Assembly (NCBI GenBank): GCA_946630435.1
Contig: CAMOYS010000001.1
Span: 7,433 to 71,432, forward strand
Direction: 5' to 3'
From: an uncultured Bacillales bacterium
Lineage (GTDB): Bacteria; Bacillota_I; Bacilli_A; RFN20; CAG-826
Length of the DNA: 64,000 nucleotides
Numbering within the stretch: the stretch's first letter is position 1; every line of letters begins with the position of its first letter. The translations under genes and the position numbers were made by a program. The notes below the pieces were generated by a model. It searched no databases, was not told the origin of the DNA, and saw only the letters and a list, made by a program, of their open reading frames with translations. This document shows positions 1 to 10,260 of this stretch, one piece after another.

Positions 1-533
1 CTTCTAACTATAAAGAAGCTCCAGACTTTGGTGCCTTAGGTGGTGGTGGACATTACGCTCACTTACTTAAAGAACTCGGTGGTCCTGATTTAGAAGGTGC
101 TGGTTTCTCTTTTGGTCTTGAAAGAGTGGCAAGCCTTTGTCAAATCATCTTTAAAGAAGAAATTGAAAAATATCAAGAATCACTCGACTTCTATGTTGTT
201 GGTTTGAATGATGAAAATATTCAAAACAACTTTAAACTCATCACTTCTTTAAGATTAGAAGGCTTTATCAGTGACATGAATTACGAAGTAAAATCAATGA
301 AATCAATCTTTAAATACGCTTCTAAGATTGGTTCTAAATTCGTTATTATCGCTGGTGATGATGAAATGAATAAAGGTATTGTAAGAGTGAAAAATATGCT
401 CACTGAAGAACAATATGATGTTCCTTATGATGATCAATTATTCGCTAAATTACATGACTTAATGAAAGAATATTACGAAAAACGCTTCAATGATAATAGT
501 GAAGTTGAAGAAGAAAGTGGAGATATAAATTAA
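1..533 (+). CDS. hisS: histidyl-tRNA synthetase, 3' partial (motif 3 plus anticodon-binding domain)
   Basis: The frame is open from base 3. The translation SNYKEAPDFGALGGGGHYAHLLKELGGPDLEGAGFSFGLERV matches the class II HisRS GGGRYD...G.ERL region, followed by an anticodon-binding domain. hisS-aspS adjacency is conserved in Firmicutes. Confidence 0.8.
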   Translation, partial: SNYKEAPDFGALGGGGHYAHLLKELGGPDLEGAGFSFGLERVASLCQIIFKEEIEKYQESLDFYVVGLNDENIQNNFKLITSLRLEGFISDMNYEVKSMKSIFKYASKIGSKFVIIAGDDEMNKGIVRVKNMLTEEQYDVPYDDQLFAKLHDLMKEYYEKRFNDNSEVEEESGDIN

Positions 534-534
534 T

Positions 535-2256
535 ATGGAAAGAACATGTTATAATGCCGAACTTTCTAAAGAAAACGTTGGTCAAAACGTCTCTTTAGTG
601 GGTTGGGTAAGTAAGAAAAGAGATTTAGGGGCTTTTAAATTTATTGACCTCCGTGATAGAAGTGGCATCGTCCAACTTTTTATCCCAGAAGGTTTAGAAA
701 TTCCTGATGTCCGTAACGAATACGTTATCGGTGTTAAAGGAACTGTTAGAGCTAAAGAAGTCGCTAACAAGAATTTAAAGACTGGCGAAATCGAAGTGGT
801 GGTCTCTTCTTTAGAAGTTTTCTCTAAAGCTAAAACCACACCTTTAATCATCGCTGATGATACTGACGCTCTTGAAGACGTTAGACTCAAATATCGTTAT
901 CTAGATTTAAGACGTCCAATCATGCAATCTTATCTTAAAAAGAGAGCTAAAATCGTTAAAGCCGCTCATGAATACTTCGATGAAAACGGCTTTATTGAAG
1001 TGGAAACTCCTTGCTTAATCCTTTCCACGCCTGAAGGTGCACGTGACTATATCGTTCCTTCTCGTGTCAATAAAGGTAGCTTCTACGCCTTGCCTCAATC
1101 TCCTCAACTCTTTAAGCAACTCTTAATGATCGGTGGTATGGAAAGATACTATCAAATCGCTCGTTGCTTTAGAGATGAAGACTTAAGACAAGATAGACAA
1201 CCAGAATTCACTCAAATCGACTTAGAAATGTCTTTCCTTGATCAAGATCAAATCTTAACCATCATGGAAGGATATCTTAAAAAGATATTTAAAGAAGTAG
1301 TGAATGAAGATATCATCACTCCACTTCGTCGTTTAGATTATAGTATCGCTGTCGATAAATATGGTTCCGATAAGCCAGATACAAGATTTGAGCTCTATCT
1401 TAACGAAGTTACTTCTATCTTAAATAAAGCTAACTTTGAAGCGTATAAATCCGCTAACACGATTAAAGCTTTAGTTATCCCAGGTAAAGCTAGCGACACT
1501 TCTCGTAAAGTTATCGATAGCTTAACTATGGAAGCTAAGAAATATGGTTTAGGTGGTTTAGGTGTTCTTAAATACTTAAACGGCACCTTAGAAGGTAGCA
1601 TTGCTAAATTCTTAAATGAAGATATTGTTAAGGAATTAGTTAACGCTTTATCCTTAAAGGATAATGACCTTGTTTTAATTGGCGCAGGCATGCATGATAA
1701 AGTTTGTTTTGCCTTAGGTGCGTTACGTAATAGATACGCGAATGAACTCGGCTTAATTAAACCAAATACCTATGATTTACTCTGGGTTGTTAACTTCCCA
1801 CTTTTCGAAAAGAAAGATGATGGCAGTTACGCGGCTTTACATCACCCATTCACTCGTCCAACTCCAGAAACTCAAGAATATTTATTCACTGACCCAAGCA
1901 AAGTCTTAAGCGCAGCTTATGATATTGTTATTAACGGTTATGAAGCTGGTGGTGGTTCTCTTCGTATCTATAACGAAGATCAACAAAAACAAGTCTTTAA
2001 TATCCTCGGATTCACTGAAGAAGATATTAAAAATAAATTCGGTTACTTTGTAAACGCTCTTGATTATGGTACCCCTCCACATGGTGGTATCGCCTTTGGC
2101 CTTGAAAGACTCTCTATGATTCTTTGTGGCACTGATAATATCCGTGATGTTATCGCCTTCCCAAAGAACTTAAGAGCGGTCTGTCCAATGTCAAATGCCC
2201 CTCAAAGAGTCGACAAAGCCCAACTTGATGATCTTGGCATCATGCTTAAAGAATAA
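535..2256 (+). CDS. aspS: aspartyl-tRNA synthetase
   Basis: 573 aa with an N-terminal OB fold and class II motifs (FRDEDLRQDRQPEFTQID, GGGSLRIY, GLERL). Confidence 0.95.
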   Translation: MERTCYNAELSKENVGQNVSLVGWVSKKRDLGAFKFIDLRDRSGIVQLFIPEGLEIPDVRNEYVIGVKGTVRAKEVANKNLKTGEIEVVVSSLEVFSKAKTTPLIIADDTDALEDVRLKYRYLDLRRPIMQSYLKKRAKIVKAAHEYFDENGFIEVETPCLILSTPEGARDYIVPSRVNKGSFYALPQSPQLFKQLLMIGGMERYYQIARCFRDEDLRQDRQPEFTQIDLEMSFLDQDQILTIMEGYLKKIFKEVVNEDIITPLRRLDYSIAVDKYGSDKPDTRFELYLNEVTSILNKANFEAYKSANTIKALVIPGKASDTSRKVIDSLTMEAKKYGLGGLGVLKYLNGTLEGSIAKFLNEDIVKELVNALSLKDNDLVLIGAGMHDKVCFALGALRNRYANELGLIKPNTYDLLWVVNFPLFEKKDDGSYAALHHPFTRPTPETQEYLFTDPSKVLSAAYDIVINGYEAGGGSLRIYNEDQQKQVFNILGFTEEDIKNKFGYFVNALDYGTPPHGGIAFGLERLSMILCGTDNIRDVIAFPKNLRAVCPMSNAPQRVDKAQLDDLGIMLKE

Positions 2257-2264
2257 GGAGAAAA

Positions 2265-4232
2265 ATGATGGAAAAACACGAACTTGATTTACTAAGTGTT
2301 GCAACGATTAGAAGCTTATGTATTGATATAATCAATAAAGCTAAATCAGGACACCCAGGAATGGCTTTAGGTAGCGCGCCTATAATGTATACGCTTTATA
2401 CCCGCCACTTAAATGCTTCACCAAAGAATCCTGAATATTTTAACCGTGATAGATTAATCTATTCTAGTGGCCACGCTTCCGCCTTAATTTACACTATGCT
2501 TCATTTAGGTGGATATGAATTAAGCATGGATGATTTAAAATCATTTAGACAACTTAATTCTTTAACTCCAGGTCACCCAGAATATCATCATACTAAAGGT
2601 ATCGATGCCACTAGTGGTCCTTTAGGCCAAGGTATTGCTCAAGCGGTTGGTGTTGCTTTAGCCGAAGAAGCCGTTAGAGCTCAATACGTAGAAGGTGAAA
2701 GACTCTGTTCCCATTACACATATTGCTTATGTGGGGATGGCTGCTTAGAAGAAGGTATCTCTCAAGAAGCGATTTCTTTTGCCGGACATCAAAAACTCAA
2801 TAAATTAATTTTAATTTACGATTCTAATAATGTTACCCTTGATGGTGGGCTTCCATTATCTAATAGTGAAGACACTAAACTTCGTTTTAAAGCTGCTCAC
2901 TGGAACGTCCTTGAAGTTAAAGATGGTAACGATGTAGACGCTATTGATAAAGCAATTAAGAAAGCTAAAAAGTCTTTAGATATGCCAACCTTAATTATCG
3001 TTAACACTGTTATCGGTTATGGTAGTGCAAATGAAGGAACATCCAAAGTCCATGGCTCTCCATTAGGGGAAGAAGATGGCGCTAACGCTAAAAAGCGTTA
3101 TGGATTTAATTATCCTCCTTTCACTGTTCCAGAAGAAGTTAGAGAACATTTTGAAAAGACCTTTATTAAACGCGGACTTAAGGAAGAAAGAAGATATAAC
3201 CGTGAACTTAGACGTTATAAAGTCGATCATCCAGAAGAATTCGCTAAATTTATGCATGCGTTACGTAATGATTACAAAGTAAATCTCAATGTTGATTTCT
3301 CCACTCATGATAATGAAGCGAGCCGTAATTCATCTGGTAAAGCCTTAAATGAACTCTATCATCTTGTTCCAAACTTAATGGGTGGTAGTGCTGACGTTGC
3401 TGGTTCAGTTATGACCAAAATTAAAGATGCGACAAACTTCGAACCAGGTAATAGAAGTGGCCGTAACATTAACTTTGGTATCCGTGAATTCTTAATGGCT
3501 AGCATCCAAAACGGTATGTTACTCCATGGCGGTGTTCAGTCGTATATTGGTAGTTTTTTAGTATTTTCAGACTATATGAAGTCTGCGATTAGAATGTCTG
3601 CCTTATCTAACTTAGGCGCGATATATTTATTCTCGCACGATTCCATCGCATTAGGAGAAGATGGCCCAACCCATCAACCAATTGAACATTTAGCAATGCT
3701 TCGTTCTATTCCAAATCACGTTGTTATTAGACCATGTGATGCTCGCGAAACATATGCAGCGTGGGAAATTGCTCTTAAAGAACATAACCGTCCAGTTAGT
3801 TTAATTCTTTCTCGTCAGAATCTTCCATTACTCTCTTCTAACTATGACTTAGTGAAGAAGGGTGCTTATGTTATTTCCGAAGCTAAAGGTACAATAGATG
3901 CAATTATTATTGCAACCGGTAGTGAAGTTAAACTTGCTTTAGACGCCGCGAATGAACTCGCCTTTATTGGCAAAAATATCCGCGTTGTCTCGATGCCATC
4001 AATGGAATTATTTGATGAACAAGATGAAACCTATAAAGAGAAAGTTTTAGGCAAAGATAAATCGAAAGTCTTTGCTGTGGAAATGCTTTCAACCTTTGGT
4101 TGGTATAAATACGCTGATACAGTTATGGGTATAGACCGTTTCGGTTTAAGTGCTCCAGCTAAAGATGCTATTAATGAATTAAATTTCACATCTTCAGCGC
4201 TTGTTAAATTAATTAGATCAAAAATCGGATAG
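2265..4232 (+). CDS. tkt: transketolase
   Basis: 655 aa with the thiamine-diphosphate motifs GHPG and GDGCLEEG and the transketolase pyrimidine-binding and C-terminal domains. An AAGGAG SD sequence lies upstream. Confidence 0.95.
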   Translation: MMEKHELDLLSVATIRSLCIDIINKAKSGHPGMALGSAPIMYTLYTRHLNASPKNPEYFNRDRLIYSSGHASALIYTMLHLGGYELSMDDLKSFRQLNSLTPGHPEYHHTKGIDATSGPLGQGIAQAVGVALAEEAVRAQYVEGERLCSHYTYCLCGDGCLEEGISQEAISFAGHQKLNKLILIYDSNNVTLDGGLPLSNSEDTKLRFKAAHWNVLEVKDGNDVDAIDKAIKKAKKSLDMPTLIIVNTVIGYGSANEGTSKVHGSPLGEEDGANAKKRYGFNYPPFTVPEEVREHFEKTFIKRGLKEERRYNRELRRYKVDHPEEFAKFMHALRNDYKVNLNVDFSTHDNEASRNSSGKALNELYHLVPNLMGGSADVAGSVMTKIKDATNFEPGNRSGRNINFGIREFLMASIQNGMLLHGGVQSYIGSFLVFSDYMKSAIRMSALSNLGAIYLFSHDSIALGEDGPTHQPIEHLAMLRSIPNHVVIRPCDARETYAAWEIALKEHNRPVSLILSRQNLPLLSSNYDLVKKGAYVISEAKGTIDAIIIATGSEVKLALDAANELAFIGKNIRVVSMPSMELFDEQDETYKEKVLGKDKSKVFAVEMLSTFGWYKYADTVMGIDRFGLSAPAKDAINELNFTSSALVKLIRSKIG

Positions 4233-4243
4233 GGGGAGAAATT

Positions 4244-4600
4244 ATGGCAGATTACATCCAAGTCCAAAACTATTCAAAATCTGGAGACCTTTACATTTCT
4301 CGTAAAATCTTTGAAAAGATAGCTACTGACGCGATTAAAAATGTGCCAGGGGTTTTACTTAAACCAAGAGGTAAGGCTCCAAAAAATAGAGTGTCCGCGC
4401 ACTTATCTCGTCCAATCCGTATTTCTTTTAGAAAAAATGGTCGAGTGGATGTTGATATCGATATTTCTTTAATCAAAGGTGCCAAAGCGGAACAAGTTTG
4501 CCTTCTTATTCAAGAAGAAGTATCAAACTCCTTACTCGCTTACACTGAAAGTGTACCATTCAATATTAATGTTAAAGTCGTGGAATTAGAAGATAAATAA
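4244..4600 (+). CDS. Asp23/Gls24 family alkaline-shock-like protein
   Basis: 118 aa with Asp23 family architecture. It sits just upstream of nusB, as yqhY does in Bacillus. Confidence 0.75.
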   Translation: MADYIQVQNYSKSGDLYISRKIFEKIATDAIKNVPGVLLKPRGKAPKNRVSAHLSRPIRISFRKNGRVDVDIDISLIKGAKAEQVCLLIQEEVSNSLLAYTESVPFNINVKVVELEDK

Positions 4601-5205
4601 TGAAACCAAGAAGGGAAATTAGCTATATCGACGCTCATAATAAGGCGGTCAAACATTATCAAAAAGCCTCGCTCTTTCTTCTTTATGCTGGAGTGCTAGG
4701 CCTTTTCGCCGCTATTATTGGGGTGGTGCAGATGGCTACGACTCAAGTTGAAGTCTTACCGGGTGAATTTAATTGGCCGAGCAGTGGATTTGCTCTTAGC
4801 TTATCGCTTCAAATCTACTTAAATAGCCTCTTATTAGCCCATCTAGACCAAGTTTTAGCCTCTTTCCTTATAATTATCCTCTCACTTGTTTTCGGCTCCT
4901 TATTTGGCTTTTTAGGCTATTTCGCTACAAGAGGGAGAAGGATATATCTAATTATCGGTCTAGCTTTATATTTCCTCGACTTCATATTCATGTTCTTTTT
5001 CTATCATTTAAACTTAGGAGGCGTTGGATTTGTTTGGACTAATTACGCTTTCTCGCTCGCCTTACATATAATTGTAATCGGCTTTGCTATTGCGGGTTTG
5101 GTATTTTATTACCAAGTATTTGATATTGAAAAGAAATTCAAAGGGGATAAAAGAGTAAACTTCAGAGAAGAAGAGAAAAGGGAGACGATCGCCAATGGAA
5201 AATAA
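4600..5205 (+). CDS. hypothetical polytopic membrane protein (part of the asp23 operon)
   Basis: 201 aa with 4-5 predicted transmembrane helices. Its start overlaps the asp23 stop (ATGA). Confidence 0.6.
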   Translation: MKPRREISYIDAHNKAVKHYQKASLFLLYAGVLGLFAAIIGVVQMATTQVEVLPGEFNWPSSGFALSLSLQIYLNSLLLAHLDQVLASFLIIILSLVFGSLFGFLGYFATRGRRIYLIIGLALYFLDFIFMFFFYHLNLGGVGFVWTNYAFSLALHIIVIGFAIAGLVFYYQVFDIEKKFKGDKRVNFREEEKRETIANGK

Positions 5206-5611
5206 TGAAATTAGTCGTAACCAAGAGCACGAACTTATTATGGTGGCTATGTATGACGCCTTAGTTTATATTGCCTTAAACGAGGAGTTTTCTTTAGAAA
5301 ATATCTTAGAAGGAATCTATAATTTGCCTTATGAAGAGATTCCAAGTTACACCAAAGAAGTGCTCATTAAATCTTTAGCCCATATTAATGAAATTATCCC
5401 CGAATTTGAAAAGAATATGATTAACTGGAGATTCTCCCGTTTAAATAACATCATCCAGGCTATTCTTATAACTAGTTATACTAAGTTTAAATATTTAGAT
5501 AACCCAACTGATAAAAAAGTTGTCATCGATTTAGCGGTTCGTTTAACGAAGAAATTTGCCGAACCTCATGACTATAAATTTGTTAACGCAATTTTAGATA
5601 ATACTTTATGA
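5195..5611 (+). CDS. nusB: transcription antitermination factor NusB
   Basis: 138 aa with a C-terminal FVNAILDN motif. It lies upstream of xseA in the Bacillus-like nusB-xseA-xseB-dxs order. Confidence 0.75.
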   Translation: MENNEISRNQEHELIMVAMYDALVYIALNEEFSLENILEGIYNLPYEEIPSYTKEVLIKSLAHINEIIPEFEKNMINWRFSRLNNIIQAILITSYTKFKYLDNPTDKKVVIDLAVRLTKKFAEPHDYKFVNAILDNTL

Positions 5612-6807
5612 ATAATTCCTTCACAGTCAGCAGTTTGAATCAATATATCAAATCAAAATTTGATAGTGATTTTACGCTTAAAGGAATTAGGCTAGAAGGG
5701 GAAATTTCAAATTATAAAGCTTATCCTTCTGGCCATATCTATTTCTCCCTTAAGGATGATAAATCTATCATTAAAGCGGTGATGTTTAGCGATTTTACTC
5801 GTTATATTTCAAGCCCCATCAAAGATGGAGATAAAGTTATCGCTTTAGGTTATGTAAGTGTCTATCCTCAAAGAGGAGAATATCAATTTTACGCTCAAGC
5901 GATTGACTTATTCGGTAAAGGAGATATCCTTCTTGAGCTTGAAAGACTTAAAAAGAAACTCCAAGCCGAAGGCTTATTTGATGAATCTCATAAAAGAGAG
6001 ATAAATCTCTTTCCAAAGGCTATAGGGATTATTTGCGCTCCTAATAGTGCAGCCTTAAGTGATATCAAAACAAACTTACTCCGCCGTTATCCTTTAGTGG
6101 AACTCAAAGAGTTCTTAGCCCAAGTTCAAGGAGAGGGTGCGATTAAAGACCTTATAAGAGCGGTAAATGAAGCTTCTAAAGAAGATATCGACACCCTAAT
6201 TATTGGCCGAGGTGGTGGCGCTAGTGAGGATTTAAGTGCCTTTAATGATGAAACCTTAGTTCGTCTTATTTATAACTTTAAAGTTCCAGTCATCTCCGCA
6301 GTAGGTCACGAAGTGGACTTCACTCTTATCGATTATGTTAGCGATAAAAGAGCGTCCACCCCAACAGGAGCGGCAGAGCTCGCTACAATTGATAAAAGAG
6401 AGATCTATCAAGCGATTGATATGACTGAATCATCTTTAGATGATAGAATTAATAACTTACTTAGTAATTTAACGAATAAGGTTGATAACTTCGCTAATAG
6501 AAAGATTTATGTGAGCGCAAAAGAGATTTACGAAACAAAGTTAGAGAAACTTGAAAATATCGAACACAACCTCGATTCTTCTATGAAGAATATCTTGGAT
6601 AGAAGTAGAGATAAAATAAGTTATATCGATAAATATCTTGATTCGATTTCTCCAGATAATGTATTCTCTAGAGGTTACTCGTTAGCCTTAGATGAGAAGG
6701 GAAAAGTAATCAAAAGCGTTAAAGATATTTCACTTAATCAAATGATTAATGTTAAGCTTAGCGGTGGCACACTCTCCGCAAAAGTAATGGATAAGAAAGA
6801 AGGGTAA
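5608..6807 (+). CDS. xseA: exodeoxyribonuclease VII large subunit
   Basis: 399 aa with an N-terminal OB fold, the catalytic domain (RGGGASEDLSAFNDE) and a C-terminal coiled coil. Confidence 0.9.
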   Translation: MNNSFTVSSLNQYIKSKFDSDFTLKGIRLEGEISNYKAYPSGHIYFSLKDDKSIIKAVMFSDFTRYISSPIKDGDKVIALGYVSVYPQRGEYQFYAQAIDLFGKGDILLELERLKKKLQAEGLFDESHKREINLFPKAIGIICAPNSAALSDIKTNLLRRYPLVELKEFLAQVQGEGAIKDLIRAVNEASKEDIDTLIIGRGGGASEDLSAFNDETLVRLIYNFKVPVISAVGHEVDFTLIDYVSDKRASTPTGAAELATIDKREIYQAIDMTESSLDDRINNLLSNLTNKVDNFANRKIYVSAKEIYETKLEKLENIEHNLDSSMKNILDRSRDKISYIDKYLDSISPDNVFSRGYSLALDEKGKVIKSVKDISLNQMINVKLSGGTLSAKVMDKKEG

Positions 6808-6812
6808 AGATC

Positions 6813-6998
6813 ATGGAAAAAGAAATGACTTTCGAAGAAAAACTTAAAAGACTTGAAGAAGTAACTAGGAAGATTGAAAATGAAACCCTTCCTCTTGATG
6901 AAACCATCAAATTATATGAAGAAGGTAAGGCTTTAATTAAGGATTTAAGAGCAGTTCTTAAGGAAGCTGAAGAGAAAGTTGAAAAATTACAAAAATAA
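6813..6998 (+). CDS. xseB: exodeoxyribonuclease VII small subunit
   Basis: 61-aa helical protein immediately downstream of xseA. Confidence 0.85.
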   Translation: MEKEMTFEEKLKRLEEVTRKIENETLPLDETIKLYEEGKALIKDLRAVLKEAEEKVEKLQK

Positions 6999-7052
6999 TT
7001 ACATAGTAATTAGTATAAATTTAATAGTTGATAATTAGTAGTTTTATAGTAT

Positions 7053-8915
7053 ATGTCTAGTAGAAAAGTTAACAAAGTTAATATCCCAAGCATCCAGGAA
7101 ATTAAAAGCCCGGAATTTTTGAAAGATCTTAACTATAAAGAACTCGATTTATTAAGCAAAGAAATTAGGGAAGAAATCCTAAGATGCACTGCGAAAAATG
7201 GTGGACACCTTTCTTCAAACCTCGGCGCAGTTGAATCTACAATTGCTTTACATAGAGTGTTTGACTTTAAAAAAGATAAGCTCATCTTAGATGTTGGTCA
7301 TCAATGTTACACCCATAAGATTCTTACTGGTAGAAGTTTAGAGAATCTCCGTAAGAAAGAGGGCACAAGCGGATTCCAAAAAGTCACTGAAAGTGAATAT
7401 GACCCATTCGATGCTGGACATAGTTCAACCTCAATTAGCGTTGCAGATGGCTTTGCCATTGCTCGTGATTTAGCAAAAGAAAACTATGAAGTAGTGGCCT
7501 TTATTGGTGATGGTTCCATTGCTTCTGGCCTAGCTTTTGAAGGTTTAAACAATGTTTCTCACTCTAATCACAAGGTCATTATTGTCTTAAATGACAATGA
7601 TATGTCTATTTCTCGCCCAGTAGGAGGCTTAGGTAAATCCTTTGCGAAGATTTCTCTTGGCTCAGGTTATAACAAAGTTAAACGCGGTTTATCTAAACTT
7701 CTTAGTAAAAACAAAGTTACAAGAGCAATCCTTAATTTCTTTAGAAAGATTAAAAACTGGATCAAATTTAAACTTGTCCCTCCAACTTTCTTTGATTCAT
7801 TAGGCTATACCTTTATTGGTCCAATTGATGGTCACAACATTAAAGCTATGGAGAAAGCCTTTAAGAAAGCTAAAAATGTTGATAAGAGTGTCATCATTGA
7901 TATTGTCACTACCAAAGGTAAAGGCTATAAATTTGCGGAAAATGACACAAGTGGAAGTTGGCATGGTGTCACCCCATTCAATCTTGAAACTGGTGAGCCA
8001 TTAAGCAAATGCGATACAACTTCTTGGTCCAATGCTTTAGCAAATATCACTTTAAAGAATATGGAGAAGAACGATAAACTCATTCTTATTTCTCCTGCTA
8101 CCTTAAAAGGTAGTGACCTTGAAGAAATCTTTAATAGATACCCAGATAGAGCGTTAGATGTAGGCATTGCTGAAGAGCATGCGATGACTCTTGCGGGTGG
8201 TTTATCTAAGAATGGCTATCATCCAATAGTCGATATCTATTCCACCTTCATGCAGCGCGCTTACGATGAAATTGCACACGATATTGCTCGTATGAATGTG
8301 GGTGCTACAATTATTGTTGATCGTTCTGGTGTCCCGGGAAATGATGGTGAAACTCATCAAGGCACTTTCGACGCGGGTATATTTAGCGCGACACCTAATT
8401 GTGTTATAACAATGCCTTCATCAGTGGAAGAAGCTGATCAATTATTCACTTTATCACTTAGTTATAACGGGCCATTCTTTATAAGAATTCCTCGTGGCTG
8501 TGTTAAACCATATTACGGAAATAGTGGGGAAGTTAGCTTTGCTAAATGGTATAAGAAAATTGAAGGTTCTTCAAAGAAAGTGGCAGTTGTTTCAACTGGT
8601 TCACTCATTAACGAACTCGCTAAAGAGATTGATGAATCTGGTAAAGACGTTACATTATTTAATGCCTTATTTATCGCACCAATCGATTTAGAGGCTGCTA
8701 AAGAACTCCTTTCTTATGAAAGAGTGGTTATTTACGATCCATATTCCACCCAATATGGCTTAGCCACTAACTTAACTATGGAACTTGTTAAATTAGGTTA
8801 TAAAGGAAAGATTGAAACAAGAACTCTTCCAAATGCTTTTATCAAACAAGCATCTGTTGATGAACAACTCGACGAATTAGGCTTAAAACCTAGTGATATT
8901 GTAAAAATTCTATAA
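7053..8915 (+). CDS. dxs: 1-deoxy-D-xylulose-5-phosphate synthase
   Basis: 620 aa with GGHLSSNLGAVE and the GDG thiamine-diphosphate motif; transketolase-like fold. Confidence 0.9.
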   Translation: MSSRKVNKVNIPSIQEIKSPEFLKDLNYKELDLLSKEIREEILRCTAKNGGHLSSNLGAVESTIALHRVFDFKKDKLILDVGHQCYTHKILTGRSLENLRKKEGTSGFQKVTESEYDPFDAGHSSTSISVADGFAIARDLAKENYEVVAFIGDGSIASGLAFEGLNNVSHSNHKVIIVLNDNDMSISRPVGGLGKSFAKISLGSGYNKVKRGLSKLLSKNKVTRAILNFFRKIKNWIKFKLVPPTFFDSLGYTFIGPIDGHNIKAMEKAFKKAKNVDKSVIIDIVTTKGKGYKFAENDTSGSWHGVTPFNLETGEPLSKCDTTSWSNALANITLKNMEKNDKLILISPATLKGSDLEEIFNRYPDRALDVGIAEEHAMTLAGGLSKNGYHPIVDIYSTFMQRAYDEIAHDIARMNVGATIIVDRSGVPGNDGETHQGTFDAGIFSATPNCVITMPSSVEEADQLFTLSLSYNGPFFIRIPRGCVKPYYGNSGEVSFAKWYKKIEGSSKKVAVVSTGSLINELAKEIDESGKDVTLFNALFIAPIDLEAAKELLSYERVVIYDPYSTQYGLATNLTMELVKLGYKGKIETRTLPNAFIKQASVDEQLDELGLKPSDIVKIL

Positions 8916-8926
8916 GAAATCGCCTG

Positions 8927-8947
8927 TTTGGGACAATTTTTCCCAAA
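8927..8947. repeat. palindromic motif copy 1 (TTTGGGACAATTTTTCCCAAA)
   Basis: Perfect 7-bp inverted half-sites TTTGGGA and TCCCAAA. It lies between the dxs stop and its terminator, upstream of dinB. Confidence 0.7.
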
Positions 8948-8957
8948 TACATGACTT

Positions 8958-8989
8958 GTGAGCCGTTAACGGTTCACTTTTTATTTTAT
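8958..8989 (+). terminator. rho-independent terminator after dxs
   Basis: GTGAGCCGTTAACGGTTCAC hairpin followed by TTTTTATTTTATT. Confidence 0.75.
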
Positions 8990-9042
8990 TGTTTGGTTAA
9001 CATAATATTGAGATTAAAGTTACGATTCTATAAAATAGAAAC

Positions 9043-10260
9043 ATGAGTAAAGCCAAGATAATTCTTCATATCGATTTAAATGCCTTCTTCGTTAAATGCG
9101 AAGAAATTAAAAATCCTGCTCTTATCGGAAAGCCAACCATCATTGGTCATGAAGGAAGAGGAGGAATTGTTTCAACCTGCTCATATGAAGCTAGAAAATA
9201 TGGTGTTCACTCTGGAATGCCGACTTTCCAAGCTAAGAAACTATGTCCTAACTTAATTGTTATTCCTGGTCATTATGATTTATACGAAGAGATGTCAGAC
9301 AAGTTTTTTAATTTTGTAAGACGATATTTCTCTTTATATGAGAAAGCCTCAATCGATGAATGCTTTATTGATGCTACTAAAGAACTAAGCAAAGTAGGGG
9401 ATGTTGTCTCTTATCTAAGAGAATTCCAAGAAACCCTCACAAAAGAGACTGGTTTAACCGTTTCTATCGGTGTCTCTCCAACTCGATTTTTATCTAAGAT
9501 GGCTAGTGATATGGAAAAGCCAAATGGCTTAGTCATCCTAAGAAGAAGAGATTTTAAAGAGAAAATCTATCCTCTTCCAATTGAATCATTCTTTGGAATA
9601 GGCCGTAAAACTTCTCCAGAACTTCGTAAGATGGGGATAAACACCATCGGAGACCTTGCTAACTTTATTAATAATAAAGAAGATGAATCTAGCCGCTTCT
9701 TTGGCAAATTCTATTATGTTCTAAAAGAATGGGTTAATGGCTACGGAAACGATGAAATCGATGTTAAACCTTGGGATCCTAAATCAATTGGAAACTCGAG
9801 AACACTTAGAAAAGACACTGCTTCTTTTGAAGAAATCGTTCCTATGCTTAAAAAACTCGCTAAAGAAGTGAGTGACCGCGCTATCGAAGCGGATAAAATC
9901 GGTAACTCCGTCCAATTAACCCTTAAGGACGCAGAATATGTCTCTGGTTTTAAATCTATAACTAGAAGTAAGCACCTTGATAAATACACTAACGACTACA
10001 ACACTATTTATAATACCGCCTACACTTTGCTTGAAAATAACCTAGGCGAAAACCCAATTAGACTCGTAGGAGTGTCTTTAAATAACCTCATCGATAAAGG
10101 GGAAGAACTTGTCCAATTATCAATTTTTGATAACTTCGAACAAATAGAAGAAGAAAACTCCACCAAACTTTTAGTGCACGAATTAAACCGTAAAATGAAA
10201 AAGGATGTCTTTAAGACTCTACGCGAAAAGAAAAGAGATGATAAGTATGGAAATAAATGA
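9043..10260 (+). CDS. dinB: DNA polymerase IV (Y-family)
   Basis: 405 aa; the N-terminal HIDLNAFF...SIDECFID region is the UmuC/DinB signature. Confidence 0.9.
   Translation: MSKAKIILHIDLNAFFVKCEEIKNPALIGKPTIIGHEGRGGIVSTCSYEARKYGVHSGMPTFQAKKLCPNLIVIPGHYDLYEEMSDKFFNFVRRYFSLYEKASIDECFIDATKELSKVGDVVSYLREFQETLTKETGLTVSIGVSPTRFLSKMASDMEKPNGLVILRRRDFKEKIYPLPIESFFGIGRKTSPELRKMGINTIGDLANFINNKEDESSRFFGKFYYVLKEWVNGYGNDEIDVKPWDPKSIGNSRTLRKDTASFEEIVPMLKKLAKEVSDRAIEADKIGNSVQLTLKDAEYVSGFKSITRSKHLDKYTNDYNTIYNTAYTLLENNLGENPIRLVGVSLNNLIDKGEELVQLSIFDNFEQIEEENSTKLLVHELNRKMKKDVFKTLREKKRDDKYGNK

Noticed and set aside
582-890. Antisense or alternate-frame ORFs nested inside housekeeping genes. Examples are 582..890, 1395..1691, 3063..3282, 7816..8167, 13491..13712, 14735..14941, 19420..19659, 21474..22783, 32328..32636, 42340..42704, 47215..47467, 52146..52515, 54171..54500 and 57209..57467.
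   Set aside because: All lie wholly within well-supported conserved genes on the opposite strand or in another frame. They have low-complexity or hydrophobic-junk translations and no SD sequences. They are artifacts of AT-rich DNA.
8990-9042. LexA (Cheo box CGAACnnnnGTTCG) operator upstream of dinB
   Set aside because: No GAAC-N4-GTTC element is present in the dinB upstream region. The only notable element there is motif copy 1.
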